A DNA stretch of 64,000 bases from the NCBI GenBank assembly GCA_951406725.2, contig OX597821.1, positions 73,098,001 to 73,162,000 on the forward strand, given 5' to 3'. The notes under the pieces were generated by a model. It saw only the letters and a list, made by a program, of their open reading frames with translations, made no database searches and was not told the origin of the DNA. Numbering within the stretch: position 1 is the stretch's first letter; each line of letters begins with the position of its first letter. Positions 1 to 14,515 of this stretch are shown piece by piece. The DNA is from Octopus vulgaris. Lineage: Eukaryota. Both the position numbers and the translations under genes were made by a program.

Positions 1-626
1 TTTCAGCATTTTCTACATTGACTTTTTTCCATATGTATATCAACTTGTGTTCCATATATATATATCAACCTTCATATATATATACACACACACATTCACA
101 TCGGCGAAGTAATTCTTGATAAACCAGGGTGTCTAACAAAATTATTTTTCTGTAATTTTTGTGATTTTCCACCCAAATTTCATTCAGAAAGAAAAAAGAT
201 GCTGGTCTGTTACTTTTCTTTTTCTGTTTTTTATTTATCAATCCTGTAAGGATGAAATGCAAAGTTGATGTCTGTAGAATTTGAACTCAAAACACAGAGT
301 CGTAACGAATTCTAATGATTCCACCATTCAGTACTAAAAAGAAAAAGTAAGAAACGATTCGATCCTTTGATCAAAACGCTGACACCCACTGACTTGACCA
401 ATTAAATGGACAAATAAAGGGAACCGTTCCATACGGTTCTATTAAAGAACTGCGTCTTCGCTTCTTGTTGTTCTTTGGACTCCATGACTACCTTGAGAGA
501 AGGAGCCGATGATTAAAAGTATTCAAACGGTGCCTGTCATAACATTTTTTCGTCACATATTCTTTTTCTTTTTAGTATGTCTGGGTGAGATTTTGGAGGA
601 AAATTTTGGTTACTAATACTACCTTG

Positions 627-830
627 TGTGAAGGCGAATAGCGTAATATTTAGGGTGTTGGATTCGTGATTGTAAGATTGTAGTTTCGATTCCTGAACTG
701 AGTGTTGTGATGTATTCTTGAGCAAAACATTTCATTTCAGTTGGCGCCAGTCCTCCCAGCGGGTGAAAATCGGTAATCCTGCAATGGACATTAGAAAACC
801 CAGGAAACTGGCCTGTGCTCCTCACGGAGT
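627..830 (+). mobile_element. Degenerate tRNA-derived CORE-like SINE (head H2 + tail T2)
   Basis: Contains the B-box-like gtttcgattcc, then ttcttgagcaaaacatttcatttca and a tail ctgcaatggac...ggaaactggcc. It aligns by eye to the copy at 26448-26672. Confidence 0.7.
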
Positions 831-1113
831 AGTATGGACTAACCAATCCTATCTTGTGGTTCCTTCATGGTTCACTCCTATTGCCTTCAGGGAGGTGGGA
901 AAGCACAAAGACTCCCATACTTCGCACGCTTATTAACAATATGAGTGAAAGTAATTAGCTATCACCGAGTTAGGATTATCTGAAATGTGCTTCTGCTCAA
1001 TCGCAATCGTCATAATTTCAAATTGTGTTTTTATCTCACAGAAGCAAAGTTAAATACTTTTATTTTCAGTAATTAGGAGTCGATGTTCTGTGATATTCAT
1101 ACATTTTCTGTAG

Positions 1114-1185
1114 TCGATGGTAGCGTAAATGATTTGGACAATTTACGAGGAAGGGCGGACATTGTCCAGACGTTGATCTTTCTGT
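1114..1185 (+). other. Candidate 72-nt internal coding exon (DGSVNDLDNLRGRADIVQTLIFL), unknown gene
   Basis: Acceptor ttttctgtag and donor gtaagc. Length is divisible by 3, only one frame is open, and the sequence is non-repetitive. No homology recognised. Confidence 0.3.
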
Positions 1186-1569
1186 GTAAGCCTCTACATC
1201 TGTCGCTATGGTTTTTTTATATGTACAAACATCAAACTACGACAAAAGTTTTAGTCAACCGATTTCGACTTCAGTTTTCCAGAGATTATTGGAGATAATT
1301 AATTGTAACTGATTCCTTTGGTCTGTTCTTTTAGAAGTAGCAGCCAAATCTCTTACAAATCACGCCCTTTGTCTGAAGAACACATTGATAACAAAGGGTG
1401 TCCTCCCAAAAAATTGACATCATTTGAAATGTGAATATCTGAGTAACTACATGTCTGAGGCAAACGAAATTAAATAGGTTTCATGTTGAACAATAAAGAT
1501 TTATTTATTAAAATTCAAACAAGAGATTCAGAAGGATTTTATAGATTCTATAACTTATTTCACAATGCT

Positions 1570-1840
1570 TCACAAATGTTCAATATGCGCAACGCATGTG
1601 ACATGACACACGTTAAGTCGGTCGTCCAGCTCCTGCCAGACACGCTGTAGAATGTCTTGCGTAATATTCTCCAGAGCCTCATTGATTCTCTGCTTGAGTT
1701 CCTGTGGGAAGAGGTGGGATATAGACCGTTCCTTTCACATAGCACCATAGAAAGAAAGCCCCAAAAGGTATCTAGTCAGGTGAACGTGGTGGCCATTTCA
1801 ACAGCACAATGTCATTATCACTGGTATGTCCGATCCCAAA
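1570..1840 (-). pseudogene. Tc1/mariner-superfamily (rosa/DD41D-like) transposase C-terminal relic
   Basis: Manual minus-strand translation gives LLKWPPRSPD*IPFGAFFLWCYVKGTVYIPPLPT, then a frameshift, then ELKQRINEALENITQDILQRVWQELDDRLNVCHVTCVAHIEHL*. This matches the WPPRSPDL..FFLWG..K...C....G.HIEHL signature. It carries a stop and a frameshift. Confidence 0.88.
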
Positions 1841-2499
1841 ATCATTTGAGCGAGAATTGGCTTTGTTATCAGACTCCGAAATGATATCAGTTTTGAGGGG
1901 GCGCCCTGTATAATCCTAGATACAGCATGTCTGGGTAAAAAAAAAAGAAACATCCTTCATTATTTGTTTGCTCTGTTCTTTAAGAACTGGCCATGGACTG
2001 AAAAACGTTTAATAATTGATTTTTGCTCGAATTCCATTTTATTTGGTTATAAAAAAAACTGTACAAAGCCTAAGATTGTATTTCAGACGAAACCAAAATT
2101 AAAAATTTTAATATTTCTAAAAACAAAATATATCCCTTAATCCTATAACGGAGATTTATATGTGCAGGTTCTCTCCTCTGACAGTCTTCGTATTGAACAG
2201 TTCCCCCCATACAGCTGACAGCGAGAAAATTCCTGTTATTATAACATTTAAACTGACAACTTTAAGAGACAAACCAAAATGTTCCGCTCATAAACAGAGT
2301 AAGATAACACCAAAAGGGAAGTGTAGACTTTTAAATGATCAGAAAGATTTTCTGGAGGTCACACACCTTTTCCTCAGACCTCACTGTCTTCAGAGTTATT
2401 ATGTGGGTGTGCAGAGATCACTTACAAAATGTCTTTTACGTGGGTCCTTGCTGCTGTCAGCAGCGGGATTATGTTTGCTTATATTTCTTTATATTATGG

Positions 2500-2690
2500 G
2501 TACAAGGCCTGAAATATTGTGAGGAGGGGCTAGTCAGTCATATCAACTGGTACTTATTTTACCGACCCCGAAAGGCTGAAAGGCGAAGTTGACCTCGGCG
2601 GAACTTGAACTCAGAATGTAAAGCCGAGAAAAATGCCGCTAAGTATTTTGTCGAGTGTGCAAACAATTATGTCCGGTCACCTTCTTCTGC
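2500..2690 (-). mobile_element. SINE family B (tRNA head + Nin/Deu-like domain)
   Basis: Reverse complement of the family B core: ctggtacttattttaccgaccccgaaagg...gacctcggcggaacttgaactcagaa. Confidence 0.85.
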
Positions 2691-3188
2691 TTTCTGACAT
2701 CAAAAGCAGAACATGTCTAGCATCCATTTTCAAGATTTACAGAAAATTAGAAAGAATTCGTTTCAGTTTTTAACATATTGTGGGATTAAGTAGAAAGTTT
2801 AAAAAATTATCGAAGATTTATGATAGATTTAATAACAAACGACGCCATTAAAACTGAAGGAAGAGACAAAGGAATCAAATAAGAGGCCTACATAGTCACG
2901 TGTTTCTCAGTTAAAGCTTGGTTTATGTAAAGTCAGAGGTGAAACGATATTTTATCAAAACTAGGAAAAAACCATATTTACGTCGTTTTCCAATTATATT
3001 TTTGCACACACACACGTAACACATACATGTATGTATATATATATATATATATATACAAAATTAGAAAATGGAGAAACATACTTAAATCAATCAAACATCA
3101 ACCATCAGATAATACCCAATCAATACTTTATTACACCATTACATAACAGCAAAGACATTATATATATTATATATTATATATTATATAT

Positions 3189-3251
<63 letters not shown>

Positions 3252-3280
3252 CTCGTTTGTGTGTGTGTGTGTGTGTGTGT

Positions 3281-3658
3281 GGTGCAATGGCCCAGTGGTG
3301 AGAGCAGCGGACTGGCGGTCATGGGATCGCGGTCTCGATTCTCAGACCGGGTGTTGAGAGCATTTATTGAGCGAAAACACCTAAAGCTCCACAAGGCTCC
3401 GGCAAGGGGTGGGGGCGAACCCTGCCGTACTCTTTCACCACAGCTTTCTCTCACTCTTTCTTCTTGTTTCTGTTGTACCTGTATTTCAAAGAAGTCAGCC
3501 TTGTCACACTCTGTGTCACACTGAATCTCCCCTGAGAACTACGTTAAGGGTACACGTGTCTGTGGAGTGCTCAGCCACTTGCAAGTTAATTTCACGAGCA
3601 GGCTGGTCCGTTGATCGGATCAACTGAAACGCTCGTCGTCGCAATCGACGAAGTGCCA
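3281..3658 (+). mobile_element. tRNA-Arg-like SINE, head H1 + tail T1 (possibly related to the octopus OR families)
   Basis: A box tggcccagtgg and a B-box-like element. The head is shared with 22618. The tail gagaactacgttaaggg...gtcgtcgcaatcgacgaagtgcca is shared with the copies at 9968 and 60730. Confidence 0.88.
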
Positions 3659-3954
3659 CGTTATATATATGGAGCACTCGATACCATACTAGAGAGATTA
3701 ATACTATATTTTATTCTGTTGCAGTCAGTCTCCCGCTATTCTGAAGATCTTATTCACCTGCAAGTGAGACTCAGCTCAGAATAGCAAGTGACAGACTCAA
3801 TCCAAATCTATGCTCTTAGGTAAACGGGTGTGACTTGTTGTCTTGTGCTTTCGATAATTACTTAAGGGGCGTGTGCAGTCGTAAACAGAGTAAGACACTG
3901 TTTCGGCCTCCCGAGCACGGAGGATGTGACGGCTGAAGGAAGAGAGGGCGGTAC

Positions 3955-4092
3955 CAGCACTCACTTGATACTAACTTACAGCTGAGTAAACCGGAGTGAA
4001 GGAAAATGAAGTGCCTTGCTCAAAATTACAACGATCCGCCTACTCCAGGAATTGAACCCCAAACCACAATCACTGGGCAACGCGCCTCCACT
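3955..4092 (-). mobile_element. CORE-like SINE 5' part
   Basis: Minus strand reads gtggaggcgcgttgcccagtg...ggttcaattcc...ttgagcaaggcacttcattt, similar to head H2. Confidence 0.7.
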
Positions 4093-4172
4093 CGGGATAT
4101 ATGTGAGGATGTATATATGCATATAAGTATGCATTTGTATTATATATATATATATATATATATACATACATA

Positions 4173-4392
4173 CAGTAATTCCTCTCCATATCGCGGTTCA
4201 CCTATCGCGGTTTATTATTTAAGCTTACGTCGAATCCTCCGTGGTGTTGCTTTGCATTTATGATAAAATAAATATATACAAATTATAAAAATAATAAAAA
4301 AAATATACAGTACTGTATTGTTTCTACTTCGCGGATTTTCACCTATCGCGGGGCCTTTTGGAACGTAACACTCGCGATAGTAGAGATATTAC

Positions 4393-4394
<2 letters not shown>
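4173..4394. mobile_element. pogo/Tigger-like MITE
   Basis: Imperfect TIRs cagtaattcctctccatatcgcg / cgcgatagtagagatattacgg, with TA on both sides. The subterminal repeat cacctatcgcgg occurs twice. It is inserted in a TA-rich tract. Confidence 0.82.
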
Positions 4395-4429
<35 letters not shown>

Positions 4430-5052
4430 GCACACACACACATATATATCTGCATGTATGTATTGGGCACACACACACACACACACATATAGTTATAAAA
4501 GCAATTATTCACATTTAATATTTTCAATTTCAAAAATTGTTATACAGATCGAGGTGTCTTATAGAGAAGCCTGTACACAGAATAATGATATAAGTTGTAT
4601 AGATTTATAGATTTCTTGAAAGAAAACTTCAAGAATTTGCTCTACAGCACCGTTCTGTAATGACTGTTGTGAATATTTTTCCATTGCTGTGAGAAATATG
4701 GTTGCAATTAAATCATTCAGAACAATACAAAACAATTATATTTTCACAGAGCGAAGTTTTATCTAATGGGCATATACATACATACATACATACATACATA
4801 CATACATACATACATACATACATACATACATACATACATACATACATACATACATACATACATACATACACACACATATATATATGTATGTATGTAATAA
4901 ATAATATATAATATAATATAATATAGTAGAATATAATATAATATAATATAATATATATATAATAGCATATATGAGTACAGGACTGAAAATAACATGAAAA
5001 TAACATGAAAAACGTAAACAACGAGAAAAAATTGGAAACATATATAATAATG

Positions 5053-5109
<57 letters not shown>

Positions 5110-5142
5110 TGCCTGTATTCTCAGTTATATAAATTGATGTAA

Positions 5143-5355
5143 GGCGGCGAGCTGGCAGAAACGTTAGCACACCGGGCGAAATGCTTAGCGGTATTTCGTC
5201 TGCCGCTACGTTCTGTGTTCAAGTTCTGCCGAGGTCGACTTTGCCTTTCATCCTTTCGGGGTCAATAAAATTAGAACTAGTTGAACACTGGGGTTGATGT
5301 AATCGACTCATCGCCCTCCCTCGAATTTCAGGCCTTGTGCCTATAGTAGAAAGGA
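5143..5355 (+). mobile_element. Full-length SINE family B with long TSD
   Basis: Reads ggcggcgagctggcagaaacgttag...cctttcatcctttcggggtc. It is flanked by the direct repeat ttatataaattgatgtaag at 5125-5143 and 5356-5374. Confidence 0.93.
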
Positions 5356-7522
5356 TTATATAAATTGATGTAAGATGTTCTCTAAATTCTGAATGTTGCA
5401 TATCATGGATGGATGCTGCTTTATCGAGGCATTGAATGTGGCGGAAAATACAAGGAGTGAACGGAATAAATGAAATGACTAAAACACTAGCCTGGTTTGA
5501 ACATGGATCGTAGTTTCAGTCTTTCAACAGCCGGCAACGCTTAAAACATTTGATTTCTAACTCCTTTTATGGTAGATTTAAATTAGAAAGGAGAGAGTCC
5601 ATGGGTTTTTTTTCAGGGCCTCTGGGGTAGGTGGTTGGAAAAGTAGGTGGGAGAAAGAGGGGGAGTTATAGTTAGGTTGGAGGCTTAATGGGAAGAAGTG
5701 CAACTGAATGAAGTCCGTCAAAGACATCCGGAGGAGGGGAGTTTTGGGTTCTGTTGAGCAAGGCTGGACACAAAGCCACACATCTCGGGTAAAAAAGCAG
5801 TAAATTGTAGATTCTATAATATATAGGGTGCTAAGAGATTTACCGTTTCTTGCACAATTCGGATCCATAAAACGACATGAACGTAACGCTAAACACTAAT
5901 GAAGAAATCCTTAATCACTCGATGTCGTTGTTATTCAGCCATTCATGGTTGAAAACCAAGATAGACTTTGTGCCAACAAAACATTCGCCATTGCATCCGT
6001 TACATATAGCAAAATATTTTTACAATTACACGAGAGATTAACATCTTTTTACGATGGTCGATTACTGATCTTTCCACGATCCACATGTATATCTTATCAT
6101 ATCTGGCATATCACACTTTCCTCACTGTGTTCAATAGTGTTCCATCTGTGACCATCTCGTCTTTTAATTCGGGTATAATGTCTAGAACTACATTCTCCAA
6201 TGTTTTGTTTTGTTTTGTTTTTAAGGCGATGGGATAGGTATATTCGTGACAGATTAGTCTACTTTTTCTTGTACATCGGCGATCTCACAAAGGCTCCGGC
6301 GTCAACTTTTAGGTCACTCATGTTGTTCAACTGTGACAGTCAAATCATTTGAGCTCATTCTTCTCCTGGTTATACACTGTGGAATAATTAAACTGAGTAC
6401 CTCCAGCTAATGAAACACTCATCGGTTTTTGGCTGGAATCTACATTCAACAACTAGATGTTCTTACCATGTGTCACCTATGTACAGCTCAATAAACTGAG
6501 CCATCTAGGCACAAATAGAGCATAGTACCGGAGCCAAGAATTTGAAAAGCTGGTCTCTCGGTCACACTGTATCTACCACTCATCATGAATGACTGAGTGA
6601 TAGATGCGTATATGGAATAAAGTCAAACCAACATTGGGTTAATGTGAATAATCATTAAAGGAGATATGTATATGGGTTTCTGTGATTGATTCCCATTTCT
6701 CACTTGTATTTCTTTCTCATTCTTGCAAAAGGAAAAAAAGAACCCCCCATGTGTGCTCCTACACCGCTTAGTCCATTTTTAGAGAATGGACAAAGCAGAG
6801 CAGGAGCACACACGGGGACCAAAAATCCCCGCTGTTTTGGTCCATTTCAATATTTCTTGCAATTAGGAAAAAATAATTAGATAAAATTAACAGCATCTAT
6901 TTGGCAAGTCTCTCAGCTTAAATCAAACGCTCCCAAATTTCAGTGAAACGAAAATGAAATGTCAGCAGTAGTAATAATAATGATTTGTAACAATTGAGGG
7001 GACAAAGTGTATTTAATCGCTCCCAATATTTAACTGGTATATATTCTATCTACTCCTGTAGGATGAAAGTCAAAGTCGTTCCCGGATGTATTTGCAGTTT
7101 GAAAGTAAATGGAGTAAAATCAATTGAAAGTAAATGGAGTAAAATCGATAAGGCATTTTTATTCCGGCTTTTGCCTGTTCTGCCATTTACAGTTCTATCG
7201 ACGACGACAACAACAGCAATTCTTTCTTTATTACCATACAATACAATGTCATGAAAATGGGTTTACAAAACATGTGGACGTGTGTGTGTGTGTGTGTATG
7301 TGTGTGCATATGTATTAGTGTATATGCGTTTTGGGGTCTGTCCCTATGCTCTGTGTTTTATACAACAATGCGACTCTTTTCACCTTTTCTTTCACTCTAC
7401 AAACTTATTTATCAAATAATTTATAGTTCATACGGACACCTTTTGTGTTGTTTTGGTGGAAAATATCTCACTAAGATTAATAATGATGTATCCTGTGGAA
7501 TCCATGTGTGCCTCATACCCAG

Positions 7523-7594
<72 letters not shown>

Positions 7595-7752
7595 GGCGTG
7601 TTATAAAACCCGCTTAGACTCGCCTCTCCAATACTTGAAACTATTAGTGGCGTGTATCTTTTTACTGCGTACATTAAATGCTATTTATCTCTCACTGAAT
7701 GAAGTTCTACAATTTTGTTGAATTTACTTTCACGGAACAGTATACTGTGTGT

Positions 7753-7784
<32 letters not shown>

Positions 7785-8286
7785 AAAGAAGAAGGCTGGG
7801 AAAAATGCAATACAATTTATTAAAACAGATTAAAACTTTGTACTCAAAACAAATAAAAGCAATCCACCCACAAAGGGGTCATAAGCAGTCACAGGATAGA
7901 AATCAGGCTCTTCACCCCATGACTTCGGCGATGCTCCCTCCACATTGCCTCCCGCAAAAGAGGTCACCTGAATAGCCTTTGAGGATCTTCAATGTTCGTC
8001 GAATCTCTAAGATTCCATCACTCTGTTGACACTCTATTGGTGTGTCTATTACTCTGGGATTGGACGTACAAGTGTCCTATATTCTCAACTAGCGCTGAGT
8101 TTTGTTGACTTTTGTCTTGGCTTTTCCAGGAAATTTATTAAGACAACGGTGAAGTTTAAGTTCTAGAATCGGTACCTTTTTGTAAGGGGTTTCCCGCATC
8201 CCATTCGCGAAAGATGGACTCATGTTTTATTTTTTAATTTTTCATTCTTTTCTTACTGTCTCCAATGATGTTTTTACTTTCTCCAG

Positions 8287-8338
8287 CCTCGATCACCTCC
8301 TTACCTTTGCAAGAAGAGGAAGTGATAACTTCACAGCA
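8287..8338 (+). other. Weak candidate internal exon (52 nt)
   Basis: Acceptor tttttactttctccag and a weak donor gtaaaa. Two frames are open (LDHLLTFARRGSDNFTA or SITSLPLQEEEVITSQ). Confidence 0.2.
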
Positions 8339-8412
8339 GTAAAATAATTATTTACTGTTTCTATATAAGAGCAGAAGTTCCGACCTAGCCCCGAATGAAC
8401 GAGGAGGCAGTA

Positions 8413-8460
8413 TCCGCAACTGAAGAGGCGAAATTATGCCAAAACAGTGTGTCTGGTTGT
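8413..8460 (+). ncRNA. Degenerate type I hammerhead ribozyme
   Basis: CTGAAGA at 8420, stem II ggc..gcc, then aaaac (G12 mutated), a short stem III and GTC. Stem I pairs poorly. Confidence 0.45.
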
Positions 8461-9967
8461 CCGTTGGCGTCACTTAGAACACGACTTGCTGTGTTTTTAC
8501 ATACAAATATATAGAGAAAATTTGTTTCTGATACAAAATCCCTCAGCAAATGCATTTCACAATTTCGTGTGCAAGAGTCAGTTAAAAATATGTGTACACA
8601 CCGTTACTGTGATCTTCACAGTTTTGTGCACTTTATTAAACAAATAATGATTTTCCAACTATTTTTGAATACCTCATTGGCTGCTCACGTCTGATGTGAA
8701 TGAATTCAGTTGGCTTCGGATGTAACCTGGTTACTGACTCTTCTTGTTTGTTGTAAATGGAATTTAAAGCCTATTGGGGTATAAATTGAGTGCAATACTA
8801 CAAACCTCTAACAAAGGGAGCTTAGGAAGGATTCGTGCCTTTTTGGAAGGCCTGTATAGAGACGGAAATGTTAATTATGGTATGACAAATGAAAGTTCGC
8901 ATAAAGTTTTGTCTTCTTACATTTATCATACCATATCATTGGCCAAAGCAATGGAATCCCGGATAGCCAACTGAACTGTTCAGAGTTCGTATCTTATCAG
9001 CGCTGTGTCAATGGCCCAGTCCTACAAATCTTAACAGCTTCATCAAAATGGCCGATGCCAGCATTGTAACCTATAGCAACAACAGCAACAGTGACAGCTT
9101 CGTTGGTATGTAGTGCCGCGTTTCGTCTGTCTTGAAAAAAAAAAACTCATTTGCGATAGAGAGGCATCTTATCTAGGGCTGATATAGGTTTGTCTTTCAT
9201 ACATATAACCTCACGGAAACCCCTGATACGAACCGTCCTCGTAGCTTAAGGAACCTCTAAGGACACAATGATTTCTTAAATTTACACAACCGACGACGTA
9301 TTTTAGCAAAAACACGATCAATTACATTGTCGTCATACTTTGGAATTGATTTTTGTGGTATCGACCGCAGAAAGATGAAAAGCAAAGTAGTCCCGGCCAA
9401 GATTTGAACCTAGAAATGTGAAATTATAAAAGGTACCCTACTCATTCCAGCATCCAGAACGCTATAAATTTGTTAAGCCACGGATGCATACAGTTCCGTC
9501 TCAAGGTACACTTGGGTTGTTCGGAGGGCTCCATGGGCGCCGGTCGATAGCACATTCCTAATATGGCTTATTGCCTGTAAATGAATATTTCAGACCACAG
9601 TGGATTGCTTTTCTGGGGTGGTGGCCTGATATAAGGTTCGAGGTAAACAGTTTGTCGATTATAGCCCAGTGCTTAGCTGTTTGGTGTTCTATCGAACGCA
9701 GAAGGATAAAAGGAAAATCTAAACTATGTGTAGAATTTGAACTTAGAAGTACAACATGAAATGAAATAAATTGAATTGAAAGATCATTTTGTCCGGCATT
9801 CATTTTGTCCGGACAAAACGTTTCAGACAATAGCATGGAAACAGTGCTATATCTATAAGCCGTCTCACCATCACTTGATCTGAAACAAACAACAGCCAAA
9901 TCTCCCTCATATCACATCATTTGCACTGGATATTGTGGTCCTGGATGCACCATACGTGAATAAGAGC

Positions 9968-10280
9968 GAAGGAACGTGGCTCAGTGGTTAGTCTATTTGG
10001 TTCAAGATCAGAAGATCGTGAGTTCGTTTCCTGGCGGCGGGACGTTGTGTCCTTGAGCAAAACACTTCATTTCACGCTGCTCTACTACACTAAAATGATT
10101 TGTACCTGTAATTCAATGGGCCAGCCTTGCCATATTCTGTCTGACACTGAATTTACCCGAGAATTTACGCTAAGGACATGCGTGTTTGTGGAGCGCTTAG
10201 CCACTTACTAATTTCAGAAAGAGGCTGTTCCGTTGATCGGCTCAACTGGAACCCTCATTGTCCTAACCGACGGAGTGCCA
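9968..10280 (+). mobile_element. CORE-like SINE, head H2 + tail T1
   Basis: A box tggctcagtgg, B box gagttcgtttcc and ccttgagcaaaacacttcatttc. The tail ends accgacggagtgcca. Confidence 0.88.
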
Positions 10281-10859
10281 TTGTGTGTGTATGTGTGAAT
10301 AAACTGCAACATCGTCAAGATTGGAACTCTCTTCATTATATAGGTCTCATTTTTTTTTTATCCAGAGACGACAAAGGCCAAATAACAACAACCACAGCAT
10401 ATTACATGCCTAGAATGAGATTCAAGTCAAACGAAATCAGCCAACGTTTCGTAATTAATATGTCTCAGAATTAGTTTATAATAAATAAAATGAAAAAATA
10501 AAATAAAATAAAAAGCTTTATTCTATGTTTCATTTTAGAGTTTAATTTTGTATTTCATTAAATAATTTTATTTTTGTATTTCATTAAATAATTTTATCGA
10601 ATTCGAGAGAGAAGGAGATAAAGGTAAATTGGTAAAAGGAAAGAAATGGCTGCCAACAATTATCTCATTAAAACAATTGTTCTTTAAAGACAAATTTATT
10701 CAATGGAAGAAGCTTATTAAGAATTAAATATTTATTTTTATATGTATTAAACGAAACAACAATCGTATTCGATAACAGATACATGTTTAAGTCTGTAGCT
10801 TTTTTTCATGTTTATTTTATTTTCTATGTACGCGTGCATATGTGTCAAAATAAAATCAC

Positions 10860-11337
<478 letters not shown>

Positions 11338-12040
11338 ATCTTTTATCTTTTACTTCTTTTCGTCATTCGACTGAGATTGTCTGTCTGTCTGTCTGTCTGC
11401 CTGTCTCCCCCCCTCCCAGTTACTATAATAGTCTTTGTTCCTCAGAACTGTCTAGTTCTGACTGCTGCCACCACTCAGGCATTCCCGACACACTACTCTC
11501 TCCTCTTTCCATCCCCCTTTTTTGTTCAGCCCTACCACCTCCTCTACTAATCACCCAGTCCTTCCTTACATGACCCTCACCCCCACTGGAATTCTCTCTC
11601 TACTCATGTTTATCTTGCACGTGTCGTCATACAATATACCAGTGTGTGTATGTGTATGTGAATGTGTGTGTGTATGTGCTTGTGTGTACGTAATTGTAGC
11701 CTATATGTTATATAATTTCATAATATAATTGTACTGTAATAAAATTATTTGTGTCTGTATATATGTATGTATGTGAGTGCGTGTGTGTGTGTGTGTTTGT
11801 GTAATACACCGCTAAAGAAAGACACGTTCATAAATATGTGTGTACATCAAAATTCATTTGATAAACGTCTTTTGCATAAATAAAAGGCCTCCGTTCGGAA
11901 TCTGTGTTGAGTTTTTGTTTGGTCACCAAAACAAGCCTTAACTTCAGATGAAATACTGAACGCGAACCAAATTGGTGAAGAAATTGCCTGAGTTGATGGA
12001 ATGGCAGACGAAAGACAAACTTGTTCAATACGTTTCGTCT

Positions 12041-12120
12041 GACTCTCTTTTGGTTCTGTTGACTCTCTGCCGGTTCTGTCGACTCTCTACCGGTTCTGTT
12101 GATTCTCTGTGGTCAACTCT
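12041..12120. repeat. 20-bp minisatellite, about 3.5 copies
   Basis: Units gactctctgccggttctgt(t/c) start at 12041, 12061, 12081 and 12101. Confidence 0.9.
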
Positions 12121-12144
12121 GTAAAGCAAGCGTCCATCCAGTTT

Positions 12145-13295
12145 AATGGCGTAGATTGGTGGAAGCGGTAGAGCGTCAGACGGATTGTCGTGCGGCATTT
12201 ATTCCAGCGTTTTGCGCTCCGAGTTCAAATCCTGCTATGGTTTTAATTTGTGATGGGGGTGCCTCTAACAAAGTTTAACTGTTGAAAGCTTTCAGATCAG
12301 GTTTTCGGGTTGAGAATATCTTCCTTCCTTGAACCAGAGTCAGAAGCTCGATAAAAGGTCATGGGCCTCTCCTATCGCGGCGACAGCACGACCTGAACCA
12401 AGTAATCGAAATGGCGACATCTTGCCACATCCCTACAATCATTTTGCTCTCTGTACTTTATAGAAAGGAATTTAAATAGATATTGCTGCTTCCTGGTTTC
12501 ACACACATTCTCTGTATTTCAGTGTGGAAGTTGTGATGTTTATGCTTTCCCAAGGCTATTAGAGATATATCTAAAATGAAATTGCTTCAATCAAAACCGT
12601 TCTGCTTTGGCACAAGGCCTAAAATATCTGGGAAGGGGAAAGGTCGATTACGTCGACCCTAGTATTTAACTGGTACTTATTTCATCGACCTCGAAAGGAT
12701 GAAAACAAAGTCAACTTCGACTAGGAAAATATGAAATTCTAGTGTTATCAATCCGGACAAAAGAAAAAGTAAACTTAATCCGGGAAATATTCGAATTCAG
12801 AAGATAAAAAAGGATGTAACTAAATACTTTATAACATTTTGTCCGGATTTCTGCAGATTCTGTTATCCACAGCCCTAACAACGATCACCCCTAGGTGCGA
12901 GGTCACAGATTCCTCATAGGTACGAGGTCGCAGATTCCGAGGCGGGGTGGGGTGGGGAGTTAGTCGATAAAATCATCCCAAGTACTTTCCTGATCCTTTA
13001 TTTTGTCGACCTTGGAAGTTAAATGGTAACAGTTCACCTCGGTGGAGTTTGAACGCAAAATGTAATGACCTCCGGACAAATTCCGCATTTTGACCGTCAC
13101 TAACGAATCTGCCAACCTACAGCCTTTCTGACTATCAAAATCTCTTCTAATTTAAGCACGAGGCCTGCAATTATTAGGGAAGCGTTAATCGATTAAATCG
13201 ATCCCAGTACTTCGCTGCTATTTTATTTTATCGAAAAGAGCCGGTAAACATACGGCAAAATATTTTATCCGATGCTCAACTGAGTTTGCCAAGCC
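12145..13295. mobile_element. Cluster of degenerate family B SINE copies (one plus, several minus)
   Basis: Repeated diverged matches to the ggcacaaggcc..gtcgatt..ctggtacttattt..gatgaaa and gagttcaaatcc motifs at about 12145, 12610, 12760, 12960 and 13150. Confidence 0.75.
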
Positions 13296-13608
13296 TCTAC
13301 TCTCACCACCCTTCTAATCATTATAATAATGAGGTTTTATAACATGGACGCCCATTTTTAGTAGAGAATTATGGCCGTTTATGTTACGCCATTGTCACAG
13401 TTCCGAGCATTTGGCCACCCTCATGGTTCCAGTGCGATAATATAGAATCTGTTTCGGAAAGATAATGACTCCGTCATATCTCGCAGACTTTGGACATTTT
13501 TACTCAATTTAATTAATTAATTACACCTGATAAGCAGGTCGCACATAGGGACTGCTAGCTTTCGTAATTAATGAAGTGTGTTAATTATGAATTGTCACTT
13601 TACTCCTT

Positions 13609-13719
<111 letters not shown>

Positions 13720-13937
13720 TCAACTTTACAAACATCATCAGCCCTCTTTATGTCTGAAAGTTTGCATGCAAGAGTACATATGCACAATAGTGTGTGATTA
13801 CAGATTAAATGTGTGTGTGTGTGTGCGCGCGTGCCTAAATCACATGTCTCCATTTGTCTGTAACTTTTTTTGATTACATCATCTTCCAACTCTGCTTCAC
13901 TCATTTGATGTCGCGAATGTCTACATACATACGTACA

Positions 13938-13971
<34 letters not shown>

Positions 13972-14056
13972 TATTTGTGTATCTACAGGTATGTGTGTGT
14001 ATGTATATATGTATGTATATGCTTATATGCATGTATATATATGTATATATGCAATG

Positions 14057-14117
<61 letters not shown>

Positions 14118-14194
14118 GTGTATATAATTTTTTCCGTTTTTTTCTGATTCTTAGCTTATAATTAATATATAGATAGCATGATTTATCGCCCGAA

Positions 14195-14515
14195 TATTCT
14201 ATAAGTAAACACCCATGAGCCTTCTACTCTAAGCCTCGGACAGAATAAAACCTTGAGAGTGGATATGCAGACGGAAACTGAGAGAAACCCGCTCCATAAA
14301 TAAATGTGTGTGTGTGTTTGTTCTCCCTACCACTTGACAACCGGTGTTGGTTTGTTTACGTCGCGTAATCCAGCGGTTCAGCAAAGAGACTGATAGAATA
14401 AGTATCAAGCTTTAAAACAAAAAAGAAAAAACACTGGGGTCGATTTGCTTGAATAAACCCTTCAAGACGGTGCTCCAGCATGGCCGTAGTATAATAACTA
14501 AAACAAGTAAAAGAC
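14195..14515 (+). mobile_element. SINE family A, 5'-truncated and diverged
   Basis: Reads ccttgagagtggat..agacggaaactg..cttgacaaccggtgttggt..ggtgctccagcatggccg..aaacaagtaaaag and matches the 23377 copy. Confidence 0.85.

Noticed and set aside
2160-2592. 120-aa and 85-aa ORFs
   Set aside because: They have no recognisable domain and run into a SINE.
7097-7148. 25-bp tandem duplication (similar ones at about 12892 and about 51760)
   Set aside because: These are ordinary local slippage duplications with no further structure.
12041-12120. CRISPR-like repeat
   Set aside because: The 20-bp units are head-to-tail with no spacers, there are no cas genes, and the context is eukaryotic.
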